Assembly: GCA_963809365.1 (NCBI GenBank)
Contig: CAWEJR010000023.1
Coordinates: 97,390-161,389, forward strand
Length of the DNA: 64,000 nt
Reading direction: 5' to 3'
Source: an uncultured delta proteobacterium
GTDB taxonomy: Bacteria; Desulfobacterota; Desulfomonilia; Desulfomonilales; Desulfomonilaceae
Positions 61,139 to 64,000 of this stretch are shown in pieces (the first letter of the stretch is position 1; each line of letters opens with the position of its first letter). The translations under genes and the position numbers were made by a program. The notes below the pieces were generated by a model. The model did not search any database, was not told the origin of the DNA, and worked only from the letters and a program-made list of their open reading frames with translations.

Positions 61139-63010
61139 TCGCCAACCCTCATAGTAAAACGTTCCCTGTCGAGATACTCGAGTAGAGGTATATTATACTT
61201 CCTTGAAGATCCGGTGATTTCATGAAACTGCGAGGGGGTCAGGCCTCCTTCCCGCTGTATGAACTCGACAACCTTCCGCTTGACTTCGTTGACAAAAGTT
61301 CCGGAAAAATAGAGATCTTCTTTGACTCTAACAACCTGACCTTCCTTTTCCAGAAGATTCAAGAGGTTCCGGACCTGCTTGACGTCCGTGGCCGTGGCTT
61401 GGAGTATCTCCTTGAGAACCGGCGGCGAGTTTCCACCACCCACGATCAATTTCATCAGGCGGTCCTTAAGGCCCTTCTCATCATCTTTTAGCCGGATCTC
61501 ATGAGTAGAGTGGCGGACCGTGTCCCCTTGATCCACAACCTCACCCTTTGCCACCAGGCTCTCGATCACGGTCTTGAACAGCTTGTCGCCGCCGGGAACA
61601 GTGGAACGTAACTCCTGTCTGGGTATTCCGGCCTTGAGTGGCTGCTCCTTGTGGAAAGTGGTGAGCTTCTCCCGTATCTTGTTTTTTACCACATCGAAAA
61701 AGTCACTGTGGATCATTCGGTTTTCAGTAGGGTCAAAACGGATCACTGTCCTGGCGTTCCTAAGAGAATCCAGTGACCTTGTCCAATCGCTTGGCCGAAA
61801 AGCCTGACATCCCCAGCAATTCGTTCCGCGCGACCCCGACCAGACCGCCGCTACGAACCAATGAGGCCACAATGGCGGCATCATCCTCGTGATCCAGTTC
61901 CACGAAGGACTTGGCTGAGCGGGCTCTTAGTTTGGTTCCTCGCGGATTAACTACCACTCCCCCTCCTAGAGTGATGGATGGAGAAAGTGCCCTAATTACA
62001 AAGCGGTCGCCGGTTGACGGAACCACCGGAGAGGAGGTTCTCAACTGGGCCAACGTTTCCTGGCCGGGCTCGAGGGCTTCCAGGTCCGGGAGCACCACAC
62101 GGGCTTCTACTTCAGACGTGTAATGGTGAAGCCTCACTTTGCGGCGATTTTTCAGGGCTATTGGGCAACGCGCAAGCGCTGTAAGTTTTACGTCCACGAT
62201 ATATGAGGGGCGGAACTCTCCGGGATGAGTTAATACTTCTCCCCTGTGGATCTGCGCCTGTTCCAAACCTCGGAGGTTGACGGCAACTCGTTCGCCGGGA
62301 AAGGCTTTTTCCTCGGGCCTGTTGTGAGATTCGAGCGAACGCACGGACGAACGTAAACTGTCGGGCAGTATCTCGACCTCGTCGCCTGTTGAGAGCGTGC
62401 CCGATATGAGAGTTCCGGTGACAACCGTCCCGTGTCCCTTCATGGTAAAAACTCTATCCACGGGCAGGCGAAGCAGTCCGTGAACCGGCCGTTGGGTGAC
62501 CTGCAACGCCAATTGTTTGAGGGTATCACGAAGCGCGTCTATTCCTTCGCCGGTCTTGGAAGAAACCCGCATCATAGGAACGTTTTCCAGAAAGGTTCCC
62601 TTGACCGCCTCTTTTGCATCTTCCTCGGCAAGAAGAGCAAGCTCCTCATCCACCAGATCCAACTTTGTGAGCACGATCAGGCCCTGCCGAATTCCGAGGA
62701 GGCTGAGGATGTCGAGGTGCTCCGTCGTCTGCGGCATTACCCCCTCGTCCAGAGCAATCACGAGCGCGGCTATGTCTATACCGCCTGAGCCTGCCACCAT
62801 TTGACGGACAAACTTCTCATGTCCCGGCACGTCCACGATACCCATGCGAATGTCTTTGTCCAGATCGAGGAACGCGAAGCCTAGCTCTATACTGATGCCG
62901 CGCTGCTTCTCCTCCTTAAGGCGGTCTGTATCAATGCCTGTGAGAGCGCGCACCAGTTCTGTCTTGCCGTGATCTATATGGCCTGCAGTGCCGAGGATCA
63001 CTCGTTTCAT
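61084..63010 (-). CDS. selB: selenocysteine-specific elongation factor SelB; +1 frameshift near 61790
   Basis: G1 [12 protein letters not shown]3 DVPGHEKF, G4 TKLD in ORF 61760-63010. Winged-helix C-terminal domains in ORF 61084-61884. The combined length of about 640 aa is typical of SelB. Confidence 0.85.
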
Positions 63011-63065
63011 CGGCTATTCTCCGGAAATTCTGAAGGCTTGGGCGATTGGGGAGTTTGGAGAATTC

Positions 63066-63974
63066 TCATTCCGGCCAGATATCAATGGATCGTTTCACGG
63101 GGAATGCGTACGGAGTTTCCGGTCCGAACCATTGGTCGTATATTTTCTTGAAGGAGCCGTCTGCTGCCATGTCCTGAATAGTAAAGTTGATCAGGTCCCG
63201 CCATGCGGAATCATCCCGAGGGAGCGCCACAGCAACCTCTTCAACAGCATCCGAAGCGTTGATAAGCTCGAAACGGCCGGGGCTGCGGGAAGAGTACTCG
63301 ATGAGGGTCATGCCGGAATCCAGCCACCCCCCCACTTTGCCTTGTCCCAGTGCCATAAAGCATGTGGGCCGGTCCGGAAAGGAGACTACATTCTTCTCCG
63401 CCATCTGGTCACCAGCTTCTTTGAGGAGACGCATGGCAGCTTTTTCGGACGGCGATCCTTGGACCGCGGCAATCTTGTTGCCTTTGAGATCCCCGGTTGA
63501 TTTAAAGCTACCCTTCAAAATGAGAATGTTCGGGGCATCAAAGAAATACGGTACGGAAAAGTCGAAAGGGTTCTCAAGGGAACGCCTGTGCGTTATGCGA
63601 CAAAGGGCCGCGTCTATCCGACCACGGGTAAGCGTGGGGCCCCATGTCTGTTCATTGATCTTGACCGTTTCCAGCTTGAGATTCATGTGTTTGGCCATTT
63701 CCGAAGCCAAATCCAGCTCAAAACCGACCCATTCTCCCGAAGACTTGAGAAAACCCTGAGGAATGTGGTTATAGGGGACTCCCAGACGCACGGTCCCGCT
63801 CTTCATCACCCGGTCGAAGACAGCACCGCATTTGGCGGTGCTCCACGGGACGAGCAGGGCGACCATTGCAACGGCAGTAACGAAGCCATAGCGCACGGCA
63901 ATCAGGCCGCGTATACCGCCGTGGCAGACCGAGTCACGGATTCTGGTGCCGGAATTCATGCTCCCCACTTTCAA
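63066..63974 (-). CDS. ABC-transporter substrate-binding protein (family 3, amino-acid type)
   Basis: 302 aa with a signal/anchor. Blocks: GTVRLGV.., GFELDLA..MA, and ID...RITHRRS....FS.PYF. Confidence 0.75.
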   Translation of the reverse strand: MKVGSMNSGTRIRDSVCHGGIRGLIAVRYGFVTAVAMVALLVPWSTAKCGAVFDRVMKSGTVRLGVPYNHIPQGFLKSSGEWVGFELDLASEMAKHMNLKLETVKINEQTWGPTLTRGRIDAALCRITHRRSLENPFDFSVPYFFDAPNILILKGSFKSTGDLKGNKIAAVQGSPSEKAAMRLLKEAGDQMAEKNVVSFPDRPTCFMALGQGKVGGWLDSGMTLIEYSSRSPGRFELINASDAVEEVAVALPRDDSAWRDLINFTIQDMAADGSFKKIYDQWFGPETPYAFPVKRSIDIWPE

Positions 63975-64000
63975 AATGGTCTTGGGACATCTTGAGGAAG

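Overview
This 64-kb window looks like an anaerobic, sulfur- and selenium-metabolising bacterium, probably Desulfobacterota (deltaproteobacterial type). That assignment is inferred from gene content only. All calls come from reading the translated ORFs and the DNA by eye; no database search was run.

**Core genes.** Most of the window is housekeeping:
- rnj, lipA, and an rsmB-htpX-fmt-def block
- two hsp20 genes, and an rplU-rpmA-obg-proB block
- hldD, mtaB, selA, rluD, queH, selB
- a QmoA/QmoB/HdrD-like redox cluster
- a three-gene anaerobic homocysteine-biosynthesis cluster (COG1900, UPF0280/COG2122, NIL-ferredoxin)

**Accessory patches.**
- A decayed polymorphic-toxin/immunity-like island at about 23.8-27.3 kb.
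- A DUF4258 toxin-antitoxin pair.
- An SbcD/YhaO plus SbcC/YhaN-like nuclease-ATPase pair with a transmembrane hairpin in the coiled coil.
- An 884-aa ankyrin-repeat protein.
- A PAS protein with a Cys-motif C-terminal module, plus decayed copies of that module.
- Several families of REP/MITE-like palindromic elements that fill many intergenic regions.

**Most interesting locus: 30.5-32.6 kb.** A radical-SAM/SPASM enzyme and a Zn-ribbon protein sit upstream of a separate small gene at 32295-32567. That gene has a strong SD and a 28-codon signal peptide. An in-frame TGA follows, and 10 nt downstream of it is a GC-rich hairpin with a UGGUCA loop. After the TGA come 61 more sense codons with no internal start, then a stop and a further hairpin. 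With selA and selB in the same window, it is a candidate secreted selenoprotein or seleno-peptide whose mature N-terminus would be G-U-C-G.

**Main caveat.** At least 11 other genes here are broken by single-nucleotide frameshifts. Almost all shift the downstream part to +1, and several sit on short homopolymers, so the assembly probably carries indel errors. A GGG run lies directly before the candidate TGA, and the +1 frame is also open.

No rRNA, tRNA (including tRNA-Sec), CRISPR array, transposase or integrase was recognised.
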